A DNA stretch of 26,216 nt from a virus (IMGVR_UViG_3300032303_001148:1-26216); one strand, 5' to 3'; positions 9,298-18,109 are shown, counted from the stretch's first letter. The notes: generated from the letters alone by a model not told the origin. Translations and numbers: made by a program.

Positions 9298-10304
9298 TGT
9301 TTAATGTTGAAGAGACTCTAAATGTCATAGGTATAGAGTATACTGTGCGCAATGAAGAAGCTAACGCTTTATGCCCTATGCATGAGCGCATGACTGGTCG
9401 TTCAGACGGCAACCCTTCTTGGTGGATTAATTTAGAAACAGGTGCACACATATGTTTTTCGTGTCACTATAAAGGCAATCTGCTACAGCTAGTTTGTGAC
9501 ATCAATGAATTTTACATAAAGCTGCCAGACGCCTCGTATGGGTACGATTATGCAGCAGGCAAGTCTTGGTTGGCAAATGCTTCTGATACGCCCATAGAGA
9601 GGCTTCTAGAGCATTTAAAGGCTATTCCAAGGTTCATTCAACCCATACCAAAACCTATTCCAATGTCAGAGGCTAGGCTAGCTGTTTTTGTTGATCCACC
9701 CCAAGAGGAATTAGACAAGCGGGGTATCTCTTTACATGATGCTCAGGATCTAGGAATCCTATGGGACGCCAATAAAAAGAACTGGATCTTGCCTTTACGC
9801 CACCCAGGCACAAATGCGCTGATGGGCTGGCAAGAAAAGGGGACAGTTTCTCGTACTTTTATGAATCGCCCTGCAGGCATTGCAAAGTCCACGACTTTAT
9901 TTGGCATACAAACACTCAAAGATAATGAACCCGTTATTGTTGTAGAGTCCCCTCTAGACGTAGCACATATTTTGTCATCTGGATGGCGTTTCCCAGTTGT
10001 TGCAGTTTGCGGGTCCTCAATGAGCGAAGATCAGGTAAAATTATTAAGGAACTCAGATACAGTAATTGCCGCATTTGACAACCCAAACATTGATAAAGCA
10101 GGTAAAAAAGCGTGTGACGAACTTCAGGTTTTAGCTCGCAAATACGGTCTTATGGTTTATTACTTTAACTATGGGAACAGTGACTCAAAAGACCCAGGCG
10201 ATTTAAATGCCGAAGAAATACTCTGGGGCATAGAGCACGCTAAACCAGGAATATACGGAGAATCAGCATATGTTTATAGGAACATTGAAACCATATCAAG
10301 TTGA
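9297..10304 (+). CDS. DNA primase (CHC2 zinc finger plus TOPRIM)
   Basis: CPMH..PSWWIN..CFSC zinc finger and TOPRIM motifs VIVVESPLDV, AAFDN, KDPGD. Start moved to ATG 9297 (TAATG overlap, GGAG at 9284). Confidence 0.9.
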   Translation: MFNVEETLNVIGIEYTVRNEEANALCPMHERMTGRSDGNPSWWINLETGAHICFSCHYKGNLLQLVCDINEFYIKLPDASYGYDYAAGKSWLANASDTPIERLLEHLKAIPRFIQPIPKPIPMSEARLAVFVDPPQEELDKRGISLHDAQDLGILWDANKKNWILPLRHPGTNALMGWQEKGTVSRTFMNRPAGIAKSTTLFGIQTLKDNEPVIVVESPLDVAHILSSGWRFPVVAVCGSSMSEDQVKLLRNSDTVIAAFDNPNIDKAGKKACDELQVLARKYGLMVYYFNYGNSDSKDPGDLNAEEILWGIEHAKPGIYGESAYVYRNIETISS

Positions 10305-11820
10305 AGCCGTTGAAAAAATGGTTGCTAGTAAAAAAATATTGGTTGCTTATGAAATGGGTCTTGGTAAAACACCCATGACTATTGCAGCAATAGAAAAACT
10401 GAGCACTAAACTTACCTTAGTTGTTTGTTTATCCAGCTTAAAATACCAATGGCAAAAAGAGATTACAAAATTCTCTAATAAAAAAGCTCTTGTAATCGAT
10501 GGCACAGTTGCTCAAAGAGCAGCACAGTACAATTCTATGCTAGAGTATGACTATGTAATTATGAACTATGAACAAGTCGTAAATGACTGGGATTGTATTA
10601 AAACGGCTCCTTTTACGGCTATGGTTTGTGATGAAGCAACTGCCATAAAAGGATTTAGAGCCAAACGATCTAAAAAGATTAAAGATCTTTCTAAAAATAT
10701 TCCAATTAGGTTTGCTTTAACAGGAACTCCTATTGAAAATGGTAGACCTGAAGAGATGTACTCTATTATGCAGTTTGTAAACAAAGACATTCTAGGGCGA
10801 TTTGACATCTTTGATAAAACGTTTATTGTTAGAAACCGGTTTGGTGGCGTAGACCGTTACCGCAATTTGTCACTGCTTCATGATACAGTTAAGAAAGCAA
10901 CTGTTCGTAAATCTCAAAAAGATGATGATGTAAAACCTTACTTACCAGATGCAGTGTATAGAGAGCCTTTAAGTGTAAAACTTGATAGGACTTCTCAAAA
11001 GCTATATGATCACATATCTAAAGACACAATAGACCTTTTAATTGAGGCTAGTGAAGTATTTGGAGCAAACTTTAATGTTGCAGTTCATTACGGTCAAATG
11101 TACGACCCAGGAGATCCCGCCAATGAAATGCGTGGTCAAATAATGTCTAGAGTTTCTGCCTTAAGAATGCTTTGCTCTAATCCTCAAAGCCTCTTAATAA
11201 GTGCCGCTAACTTTGAAAAACATACTGGTAAAGGCAGCGCTTATATCCACTCTTTAATAAATAAGATGGATGGATTGCATAAAAATAACAAGCTAGACAC
11301 TACAATTTCATACATAAAAGATCATTTAGATATCGATCAGTCTTACAAGATAGTAGTTTTTTCTTCTTATCTTGATTCAGTTGATATTTTAAGAAAACAC
11401 CTTGCCTTACATGGAATAGGTGCCGTCTCATACACAGGAGAAATGAATGCCAAAGAAAAAGAAACATCGAAAGAAGCCTTTCAATCACACCCTGATATAC
11501 GAGTTCTTGTTAGTTCTGATGCTGGTGGTTACGGTGTTGATTTACCTCAAGCCAACCTCTTAATAAATTATGACCAACCCTGGTCAGCAGGACTAGCTGT
11601 TCAAAGAAATGGGCGTATCCAACGTGCTTCTTCCAATTGGACAACAATCACAATTCAAGATATACTAGTACAAGACTCTATTGAAGAACGTCAATACGAC
11701 ATGTTAAAACAAAAATCGAGTGTCGCTAATGCGGTTTTAGATGGAGTCGGTATAAACTCAAAAGGTGGAGTTGACTTAACCGTAGGTAGTCTGATAACCT
11801 TCTTAACTACCAATCTATAA
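10270..11820 (+). CDS. SNF2-family (SF2) helicase/ATPase
   Basis: LKPYQ, EMGLGKT, QWQKEI, CDEAT (DExx variant), ALTGTPIEN, AGGYGVDL and QRNGRIQR. Confidence 0.93.
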   Translation: MFIGTLKPYQVEAVEKMVASKKILVAYEMGLGKTPMTIAAIEKLSTKLTLVVCLSSLKYQWQKEITKFSNKKALVIDGTVAQRAAQYNSMLEYDYVIMNYEQVVNDWDCIKTAPFTAMVCDEATAIKGFRAKRSKKIKDLSKNIPIRFALTGTPIENGRPEEMYSIMQFVNKDILGRFDIFDKTFIVRNRFGGVDRYRNLSLLHDTVKKATVRKSQKDDDVKPYLPDAVYREPLSVKLDRTSQKLYDHISKDTIDLLIEASEVFGANFNVAVHYGQMYDPGDPANEMRGQIMSRVSALRMLCSNPQSLLISAANFEKHTGKGSAYIHSLINKMDGLHKNNKLDTTISYIKDHLDIDQSYKIVVFSSYLDSVDILRKHLALHGIGAVSYTGEMNAKEKETSKEAFQSHPDIRVLVSSDAGGYGVDLPQANLLINYDQPWSAGLAVQRNGRIQRASSNWTTITIQDILVQDSIEERQYDMLKQKSSVANAVLDGVGINSKGGVDLTVGSLITFLTTNL

Positions 11821-11830
11821 GGAAAGAAAA

Positions 11831-12274
11831 ATGGCAAAAATTATTGAAGAGGAATCTCGTCTTCCACAAGATCCGGAAGACTTTCAAGCACAAGCACGTG
11901 AGTATGTATTACTAAAGAAAAGCTTAGAGGCTCTTGAAGCTCGCCAAAAAGAACTACGTGAAAAACTATTTGAAAAACTAGATCTAGAAGGTCAGGAAGA
12001 CTCTTCTGGTAACGTGTTCATTGAGTTGTCTAATGAGATTGAAGGCATTCGTGTACTTGAAAAGCAGCGTCGTACTTCTCGTAAGTTAGATGAAAACATA
12101 GCAGAAGCAATGATTATGGAAAAAGGTCTAGAAGAAACACTGTACAAGACCATCCGTGTTATTGACGAAGATGCTATTATGGCAGCTCATTACAACGACC
12201 AGTTAACTGAAGACGAGATCGATCAGATGTTTCCTTCTAAAGTTACTTGGGCTTTGATGACCAAAAAGAAGTAG
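11831..12274 (+). CDS. Hypothetical protein with an N-terminal coiled coil (possibly Gam/Gp157-like)
   Basis: AAGGA RBS, acidic coiled-coil N-half and replication-module context. The family is uncertain. Confidence 0.75.
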   Translation: MAKIIEEESRLPQDPEDFQAQAREYVLLKKSLEALEARQKELREKLFEKLDLEGQEDSSGNVFIELSNEIEGIRVLEKQRRTSRKLDENIAEAMIMEKGLEETLYKTIRVIDEDAIMAAHYNDQLTEDEIDQMFPSKVTWALMTKKK

Positions 12275-12277
12275 GCT

Positions 12278-12748
12278 ATGTCAGGTATACGTAGTGAAGA
12301 AGAACTCTTAAAAGGATTTGAGGGTCTTGATCTCGTACCTGGATCTAAAAAAACACGCCGTCCAGCTTCATCTGAAGCAGGCAAAAAGCGTGGTAAACTT
12401 TCTAAAGAGCAAAATGGTTGGGATGAAAATCCCACTATTAAACTCTTGAAAGGAATAGAAACAGAAGTTTTTCCAATCAGTGCATTAGCCAAAGCATTGG
12501 ATAAACAGATTGTTACTATTCGTTTATGGGAAAAGAAAGGGTACATCCCAATCGCCCCATATCGTTTGCGCTCTAAAAGTCTTAAAGGGAATAAAGTAAT
12601 GGGTAACCGTGTTTATACACGTGTGCTTATTGAAATTACCATTGAGGAATTTGCAAAGCGCGGACTACTAGGTTCTGCTCGTGTAGAGTGGAGCTTGCAT
12701 CCAGACCTTACTGACGTACTTGTCAAAAGGTGGAAAGATGTGCTATAA
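12278..12748 (+). CDS. MerR-like HTH DNA-binding protein
   Basis: FPISALAKALDKQIVTIRLWEKKGYIP...NRVYT matches the MerR-type wHTH. Confidence 0.8.
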   Translation: MSGIRSEEELLKGFEGLDLVPGSKKTRRPASSEAGKKRGKLSKEQNGWDENPTIKLLKGIETEVFPISALAKALDKQIVTIRLWEKKGYIPIAPYRLRSKSLKGNKVMGNRVYTRVLIEITIEEFAKRGLLGSARVEWSLHPDLTDVLVKRWKDVL

Positions 12749-12749
12749 T
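12720..12749 (+). promoter_or_regulatory. Sigma70/SigA-type promoter for the SSB gene
   Basis: TTGTCA (12720-12725), 18-nt spacer, TATAAT (12744-12749), with an extended TG (TGCTATAAT). Confidence 0.75.
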
Positions 12750-12751
12750 AA

Positions 12752-12813
12752 CAACTGAGAGTCAAATGACCTCATTACCAACCGAGACCGCAAGGCTCAT
12801 TACCAATAAGGAG
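12752..12813 (+). promoter_or_regulatory. Structured 5' leader: two tandem bulged hairpins followed by the Shine-Dalgarno
   Basis: CAAC-TGAG-A-GTC-AAAT-GAC-CTCATTAC then CAAC-CGAG-A-CC-GCAA-GG-CTCATTAC, then CAATAAGGAG. Confidence 0.65.
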
Positions 12814-12822
12814 ATAGTCAAT

Positions 12823-13476
12823 ATGACTATTGAAAACCCACAAGTCGATGCAAACTTCTACTTAGAAGATGCAGAAGATGCACCCGCAAAGCACGGCACT
12901 TCTGTCCAGTCAGGCTGGGCAGCAGCTGAAGGTCTTCTAAAGCCAAAGCGTGCTAATGGCAACTATCCAACTGAGTTCCGTTTTAGTGAGGAACTACAGC
13001 TTGTTCGTTTCTTGGACAATGAACCATACATGGTTTACCAGCTACACTGGATTGATCGCTCTGAAGGCAAGAAGTCTTTTGTTTGTCTAGGTGACGAGTG
13101 TCCACTGTGTACAATGCTTGGTGACAAGCCAAAGCCAAAGTTTGCATTTAACATTCTTGTCCTGAGTGACGAGCAGCCTAACGTGCAAATCCTAACTGCT
13201 ACAACTCCTCTAGCTCGCCAGTTGCAAGCTGCTAACAGCCACCCAGTTCGTGGTCCACTTAGCAAGTACTACTGGACCCTTGGACGTCAGGGCACAGGCG
13301 CTTCTACACAGTACTCCCTAGAACGTGTAAAAGCTTCTGACCTTGCTGAAGAGTGGGATCTAGATGCAGAAAATGTTGAGGCAATTGCTTCATCAGCAGT
13401 TATGTATGGTCAAGAGGCTATCTACCTCACCCCACGCGCTGAATTAATTCAGATCGCTCGTTCACTACTGAACTAA
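12823..13476 (+). CDS. Single-stranded DNA-binding protein, T4 gp32-like (zinc-binding)
   Basis: VRFL..HW..SFVCLGDECPLC..FAFNIL..RQGTGASTQY pattern. Start moved to ATG 12823 behind a strong AAGGAG RBS. Lies beside the DNA polymerase. Confidence 0.7.
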   Translation: MTIENPQVDANFYLEDAEDAPAKHGTSVQSGWAAAEGLLKPKRANGNYPTEFRFSEELQLVRFLDNEPYMVYQLHWIDRSEGKKSFVCLGDECPLCTMLGDKPKPKFAFNILVLSDEQPNVQILTATTPLARQLQAANSHPVRGPLSKYYWTLGRQGTGASTQYSLERVKASDLAEEWDLDAENVEAIASSAVMYGQEAIYLTPRAELIQIARSLLN

Positions 13477-13488
13477 CCCACAAAATCA

Positions 13489-13527
13489 AGTAGTTTAAAG
13501 GTTCTTCCTTTCTTGCTTTAAACTACT
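13489..13527 (+). other. Perfect 12-bp hairpin with a pyrimidine-rich loop
   Basis: AGTAGTTTAAAG (13489-13500) pairs with CTTTAAACTACT (13516-13527); the loop is GTTCTTCCTTTCTTG. Confidence 0.8.
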
Positions 13528-13533
13528 ACCTCC

Positions 13534-13580
13534 GATGGGGGCTAAAGTGATCCGCTCCTTTAGCCCCCATCATTTCTTTC
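13534..13580 (+). terminator. Intrinsic terminator-like hairpin between ssb and polA
   Basis: Perfect 14-bp stem GATGGGGGCTAAAG/CTTTAGCCCCCATC followed by ATTTCTTTC. Confidence 0.7.
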
Positions 13581-13589
13581 TAGGGACTT

Positions 13590-15587
13590 ATGAATATTAT
13601 TACTACTAAAGAGCAGCTTGATGAATTCGTTGCTTATTATATGGGTCAAAACGCCTTTGCGTTCGATATAGAGACCATTGGAGAGCATAGGCTACACACA
13701 GTCATAAATGATGTTTGCTGGCTCTCATTTGCCACTGAAGGTCGCGTTGATGTGATTCCTATGGGTCACCCTAATGGCGAGTTGATTGATTACACAAAGC
13801 CTTTACTTTTGTCAGGAGAAAATCGTTTAATTGCCGGTAAGCCTCTTATTGAGTCTAGTTACTCTTCAGACAAAAGCAAGTGGGTCCCTAACTTTACTGA
13901 ACCACCTATACAGTTAACTCGTGCTGAAGTATTTGCTGCTATTAAACCACTTATGTTTAGCGACAAGTTAAAAATTGGTCATAACATTAAGTTTGATCTA
14001 AAGTCTGTTGCTAAATATTTTGGCGGTAAAGTTCCTTCTAAGCCTTATTTTGATACGTTAATGGCTACATTTGTTATTGATAGCCAGACAAAAGATTTAG
14101 GGTTAGCTGCTTGTGTTAAACGTGAACTAGGTATTGAAGTAGAAAAGGGTGTCGGAACAAATATTTCGCTCCATTCTTTTGAGGCAGTAGCCAAGTATTC
14201 TGGTATTGACGCTCAAGTAACCTGGGCATTATATAAAGCGCTTAATGCACAACTCGATACTAAACTACAGCGTGTTTGGCGTTTAGAGATGGACGTGCTC
14301 TCAGCTTTATGTGACATGGAATTAACAGGTGCTTATATTGATCAAGAAGCACTAGGAGCTCTTGCATTAGAAATTGAAAAAGGTAAACAAGAAGCAGAAG
14401 CATTGTGCTACAAACTTGCTGGTAAACCTTTTTCTATTAACTCTGTACAAGCAAAACAAAAACTATTGTTTGGTTCTGAAGAGGGTAAAGCTCCACGTTT
14501 AAAGCCTAACAAAGCGTTTAAAGCAGGACTTACTCCTAAAGGTCGTGAAGCAGATAAGGCAGGTACTCCTCTTACTGAAGTTCATTACTCTGTAAGTGCG
14601 GATGCGTTAGAAAACTTACGTGGTAAAGACGGGTTAGTAGATGCTCTACTTCAGTACCAAGATTTAAATAAACTAATGACTACATATGTAACTCCTTACA
14701 CAGGTGGTGAAGTTAAGCGTGTAACAAATGGTAAAGAAAAGTTTACTGAGCGTAAAAGCCTTCTTGTAAATGGTCGTGTACACACTAACTTTAAGTCGCA
14801 TGGTGCAGAAACTGGTAGGTTTAGCTCTTCTGAGCCTAACTTGCAAAACATTCCATCATCAGGCGAATATGGAAAGATGATTCGTAACTTATTTGTAGCC
14901 CCACCAGGGCACAAGCTAATAGTTGCAGACTACTCACAGATCGAACCTCGTATTATTGCTGCATTTAGTCAGGATCCTATTCTTATGCAAAACTATATGG
15001 AAGGTGGCGACATCTATACCACTATTGGTGATACTATGGGAGTAGACCGCAAAGCAGGTAAAGTACTTGTGCTTGCTATTTCGTATGGAGTAGGACCAGA
15101 CAAGATTGCTGCTTCTATTGGTTGTGGAGTAAATGAGGCTAAAAAACTTCTTCGTGACTTTGAATCAAAGTTTTCAAGTATTCCACGTTATAAAGGTCGC
15201 GTTGTACGCAAAGCAAAAGAAGTTGAGCCAATTCCTTACGTAGAAACTCTATTCGGTCGCCGTCGTTATTTGCCAGATCTAAACCATCAAGACTTTGGTT
15301 TGAAATCTCGTGCAGAACGTCAAGCATTTAACACCAAGATCCAGGGTAGTGCTGCTGATTTAATGAAGTTAGCTTTAATTAGGGCGCACTCTTGTTTTGT
15401 TAACACACCTGAAGTAAACGTTATTTTGACAGTTCACGATGAACTTGTTACAATTGCACCAGAAGAACTTGCGGATGAAACAGCAGAAGCAATTCGTATT
15501 TCTATGGAAGGCATTAAAATAAAAGAGATAACAATCCCACTTATTGCTGATATACAGATTGTAGACAAGTGGGGAGAGGCTAAATAA
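13590..15587 (+). CDS. polA: Family A DNA polymerase (3'-5' exonuclease plus polymerase, no 5'-3' exonuclease)
   Basis: ExoI DIET, ExoII HNIKFD, ExoIII YSGIDA, TGRFSSSEPNLQNIP, motif A ADYSQIEPR, motif B RKAGKVLVLAISYG and motif C VHDEL. Confidence 0.97.
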   Translation: MNIITTKEQLDEFVAYYMGQNAFAFDIETIGEHRLHTVINDVCWLSFATEGRVDVIPMGHPNGELIDYTKPLLLSGENRLIAGKPLIESSYSSDKSKWVPNFTEPPIQLTRAEVFAAIKPLMFSDKLKIGHNIKFDLKSVAKYFGGKVPSKPYFDTLMATFVIDSQTKDLGLAACVKRELGIEVEKGVGTNISLHSFEAVAKYSGIDAQVTWALYKALNAQLDTKLQRVWRLEMDVLSALCDMELTGAYIDQEALGALALEIEKGKQEAEALCYKLAGKPFSINSVQAKQKLLFGSEEGKAPRLKPNKAFKAGLTPKGREADKAGTPLTEVHYSVSADALENLRGKDGLVDALLQYQDLNKLMTTYVTPYTGGEVKRVTNGKEKFTERKSLLVNGRVHTNFKSHGAETGRFSSSEPNLQNIPSSGEYGKMIRNLFVAPPGHKLIVADYSQIEPRIIAAFSQDPILMQNYMEGGDIYTTIGDTMGVDRKAGKVLVLAISYGVGPDKIAASIGCGVNEAKKLLRDFESKFSSIPRYKGRVVRKAKEVEPIPYVETLFGRRRYLPDLNHQDFGLKSRAERQAFNTKIQGSAADLMKLALIRAHSCFVNTPEVNVILTVHDELVTIAPEELADETAEAIRISMEGIKIKEITIPLIADIQIVDKWGEAK

Positions 15588-15721
15588 TGAACGAAATATT
15601 TATTTGTACTGGATGTTACCAAACTGAAGGGTCAGATGATGGAGGAGATTACTGCACTATTTGTGAATCTTATAAGTATTTTGCTTGGGTAGAGTCAGGC
15701 AATGATAATGAAGATTTTTAA
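15587..15721 (+). CDS. 44-aa zinc-ribbon microprotein (not in ORF track)
   Basis: Hand translation: MNEIFICTGCYQTEGSDDGGDYCTICESYKYFAWVESGNDNEDF. TAATG-coupled to polA, with CxxC-x12-CxxC. Confidence 0.75.
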   Translation: MNEIFICTGCYQTEGSDDGGDYCTICESYKYFAWVESGNDNEDF

Positions 15722-16124
15722 AAAGAAAAAGAAAAATCGTGTACCCCCCATGGCTGAAATAAACAATCGTATTCGTGGATTCATTATGGATTCTCAAATA
15801 CAAAATAGTCATGAAATTGCGTATATAATGGGTCTTCCAAATCTTAGTGATGAACTAGCAGAAAAAGAAGAACAAGTTAGCGATGATCGTTTAGAACGTA
15901 TAGAATACCTTATTCCTATTTTGTATGCACACGCCCACACGTTAGCAGAAGCGTCAATTGAATACCAAAAAGCAAATATAGAAGACTCAAACGTGCTTCC
16001 AAAAGAAGTGTGGATCTTTGGGCGTAAGTTACTAGAACAAGTAGCTTTGTCGGCACTAATGGGGTCCACATCACAATTAATAGATATGGGATTATTAACA
16101 ATCCCAAAAAGGATAAAGAAATGA
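15702..16124 (+). CDS. Hypothetical protein
   Basis: ORF fills the operon and has a basic N-terminus. The start could be 15708. Confidence 0.75.
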   Translation: MIMKIFKKKKKNRVPPMAEINNRIRGFIMDSQIQNSHEIAYIMGLPNLSDELAEKEEQVSDDRLERIEYLIPILYAHAHTLAEASIEYQKANIEDSNVLPKEVWIFGRKLLEQVALSALMGSTSQLIDMGLLTIPKRIKK

Positions 16125-16309
16125 ATAGTAGCAAACCAGGGTCATTCACTGACATAGCTTTTGATACAGGATCTATTGCAGAACGTACTCGTATTATAAA
16201 CCTATTGTTAGATTTAAAGGTTATTAGGCGTTGTGCAGCAACAGACAAGCTTGTTGCATTTGACACTAATGGTGAAAAAGTTGTTTATTTGACAGGATTG
16301 GAAAACTAA
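16121..16309 (+). CDS. Hypothetical protein
   Basis: ATGA overlap upstream, TAATG coupling downstream and an AAGGA RBS. Confidence 0.75.
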   Translation: MNSSKPGSFTDIAFDTGSIAERTRIINLLLDLKVIRRCAATDKLVAFDTNGEKVVYLTGLEN

Positions 16310-16710
16310 TGAGTAATTCTGATTGGTGGGCTAAAAAGTTAGGTCAGCAACCACAAACCCAACAGGGTCGTCCTGATCCTACGCCGCAAATGCCACCTAG
16401 CCAGCAACCTTTGGCTCAGATGCCTGCATTTCAACAGCCGCAAAATGACTTGGCACGTCTTGCTCCGTCCTCTAAAAGCACTGCTTCGTGTCCTGACTGC
16501 GGGTCGGGCAACTTTATGGCTCCTACGCCGCAAATCGCGCCACGCTGCTATGACTGCGGGTATCCCGTACAGCAATCCGGTGGGCGTTATGGGGCGCTTG
16601 CGGGGGCTAGGGTTGAAGGTTCTGTGCAGGAAGCATCAGGAAACAGTGGAACAAGTGGATTTAGCGCAATACCAGATGGCTATGGAGCCAACGGACAGAA
16701 ATTAGGGTAA
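16309..16710 (+). CDS. Zinc-ribbon protein with a Pro/Gln-rich N-terminus
   Basis: CPDCGSGN...RCYDCGYP, TAATG-coupled start. Confidence 0.8.
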   Translation: MSNSDWWAKKLGQQPQTQQGRPDPTPQMPPSQQPLAQMPAFQQPQNDLARLAPSSKSTASCPDCGSGNFMAPTPQIAPRCYDCGYPVQQSGGRYGALAGARVEGSVQEASGNSGTSGFSAIPDGYGANGQKLG

Positions 16711-16712
16711 TA

Positions 16713-16889
16713 ATGAACTCAGAACAAATACGTGATTTGGTGTTTCTAGAAATACGTGCTAAACTAAGTCAAGCACTATTAGAACAAGGGCTAATTGAAA
16801 CTTTAGACGGCAACCTAGGTTGGTGGAAAGATGATTTTAACTTTATTTCTTTTTACGATATAATGGAGGCTATTCGTGATCAACGCTGA
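16713..16889 (+). CDS. 58-aa hypothetical protein (not in ORF track)
   Basis: Hand translation: MNSEQIRDLVFLEIRAKLSQALLEQGLIETLDGNLGWWKDDFNFISFYDIMEAIRDQR. It fills the gap and overlaps the recA start. Confidence 0.7.
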   Translation: MNSEQIRDLVFLEIRAKLSQALLEQGLIETLDGNLGWWKDDFNFISFYDIMEAIRDQR

Positions 16890-17922
16890 TGTATTAAAGA
16901 TCATCAACACATTAAATAAAAAATACGGAGAAAACACAATTGTAGTAGGAGACAGTATAAAGAATGATCTTATTCATCGTATTACTACTGGTTCAACTAC
17001 TTTTGATTACGTTTTGGGTGGCGGTTTTCCTGCTAACCAATGGAACGAACTTATTGGTGAGCCGTCGCACGGTAAGACAGCAATTGCTCTCAAAACCATT
17101 GCCGCAAATCAAGCACTAAATCCTGATCATTTGACTGTGTGGGTAGCTGCTGAGCAGTGGGTACCTGAGTACGCTCAAATGTGTGGAGTAGATGCTAGCC
17201 GCGTTATTGTTATTGAAACTAACGTTATGGAAGAAGCTTACCAAGCTGTAATTGAGTTTGCAGAAACTAAAGGCGTAGATGCAATTGTAATAGACTCCCT
17301 TCCAGCACTTAGCCCCATGCCAGAACTAGAAAAAAGCATGGATGAGCTAACTATTGGTAAAGGTGCCCTTTTAACTAATAAATTCTTTCGTGTAGTTGGT
17401 CAGGCAATGAAACGCAGCCTAGTAGAAGATGAGCGCCCTATCCTAGGACTGATCATTAACCAATACCGTATGAAGATCGGTGTAATGCACGGAGACCCTC
17501 GTACAACTCCTGGTGGCGAAGGTAAAAACTACGCTTTCTTTACACGCTCAGAAATACGCCGTGATGAATGGATTGAATCTGGTTCTGGCACTAATAAAGT
17601 GCGTGTAGGACAACGTATAAAAATACGTGTAATTAAAAATAAAACCGCACCACCACAACGTATCGCTTATATTGACTACTATTTTGCTCCTCATTCCATT
17701 TATAAAGCTGGCGATTATGACACTGCTAAAGAAGTTGCTGCAATGTCTATTGTTATGGAGATTGTAGACCGTCGTGGTGGATGGATCTACTTAGGTGAGC
17801 GTAAATGGCAAGGTCAAGAAGCGTTTTCTAATTCTATTCGTGAAGAAGTAGAACTATACGAAGAACTTCGCTCTAAAGTTCTTTCTGCAACTAATACATT
17901 TACAGGAGAAGACAATGAGTAA
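16876..17922 (+). CDS. recA: RecA/UvsX-like recombinase
   Basis: TTGS..DYVLGGGFP, Walker A GEPSHGKT, IVIDSL, INQYRMKIGVMHGDPRTTPGG and KNKTAPP. GGAGG RBS before GTG. Confidence 0.95.
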   Translation: MINADVLKIINTLNKKYGENTIVVGDSIKNDLIHRITTGSTTFDYVLGGGFPANQWNELIGEPSHGKTAIALKTIAANQALNPDHLTVWVAAEQWVPEYAQMCGVDASRVIVIETNVMEEAYQAVIEFAETKGVDAIVIDSLPALSPMPELEKSMDELTIGKGALLTNKFFRVVGQAMKRSLVEDERPILGLIINQYRMKIGVMHGDPRTTPGGEGKNYAFFTRSEIRRDEWIESGSGTNKVRVGQRIKIRVIKNKTAPPQRIAYIDYYFAPHSIYKAGDYDTAKEVAAMSIVMEIVDRRGGWIYLGERKWQGQEAFSNSIREEVELYEELRSKVLSATNTFTGEDNE

Positions 17923-18109
17923 CCTTTTTCCAGATGATGACAGCTGGTTAGACAACTATAACCTACAGATTGAAAAAGAAGAACGTAATAGGATTATTGC
18001 GTTTATTAACTCAATCATAATGGACCTTGAAAAGTTTAATGATCCTGCTGAAGATTTAAAGTCTATTGTAACAATACTAGAATCAGAGGACTGGGCACTT
18101 GGATACTAA
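17915..18109 (+). CDS. Hypothetical acidic protein
   Basis: AGGAG RBS; ORF in operon. Confidence 0.7.
   Translation: MSNLFPDDDSWLDNYNLQIEKEERNRIIAFINSIIMDLEKFNDPAEDLKSIVTILESEDWALGY

Noticed and set aside
12730-12822. ORF-track N-terminal extension of the SSB (similarly the starts at 9282, 18645, 20770 and 21426)
   Set aside because: Downstream ATGs have better RBSs or stop-start coupling; the SSB extension spans the promoter and leader.
13477-13589. tRNA or other known structured RNA in the intergenic gaps
   Set aside because: No cloverleaf, T-loop (GTTCRA) or CCA pattern found; only simple hairpins.
16859-16864. TATAAT just upstream of recA
   Set aside because: It abuts the GGAGG RBS, so a transcript from it would lack the SD without being leaderless; it lies within a coding ORF and has no clear -35.
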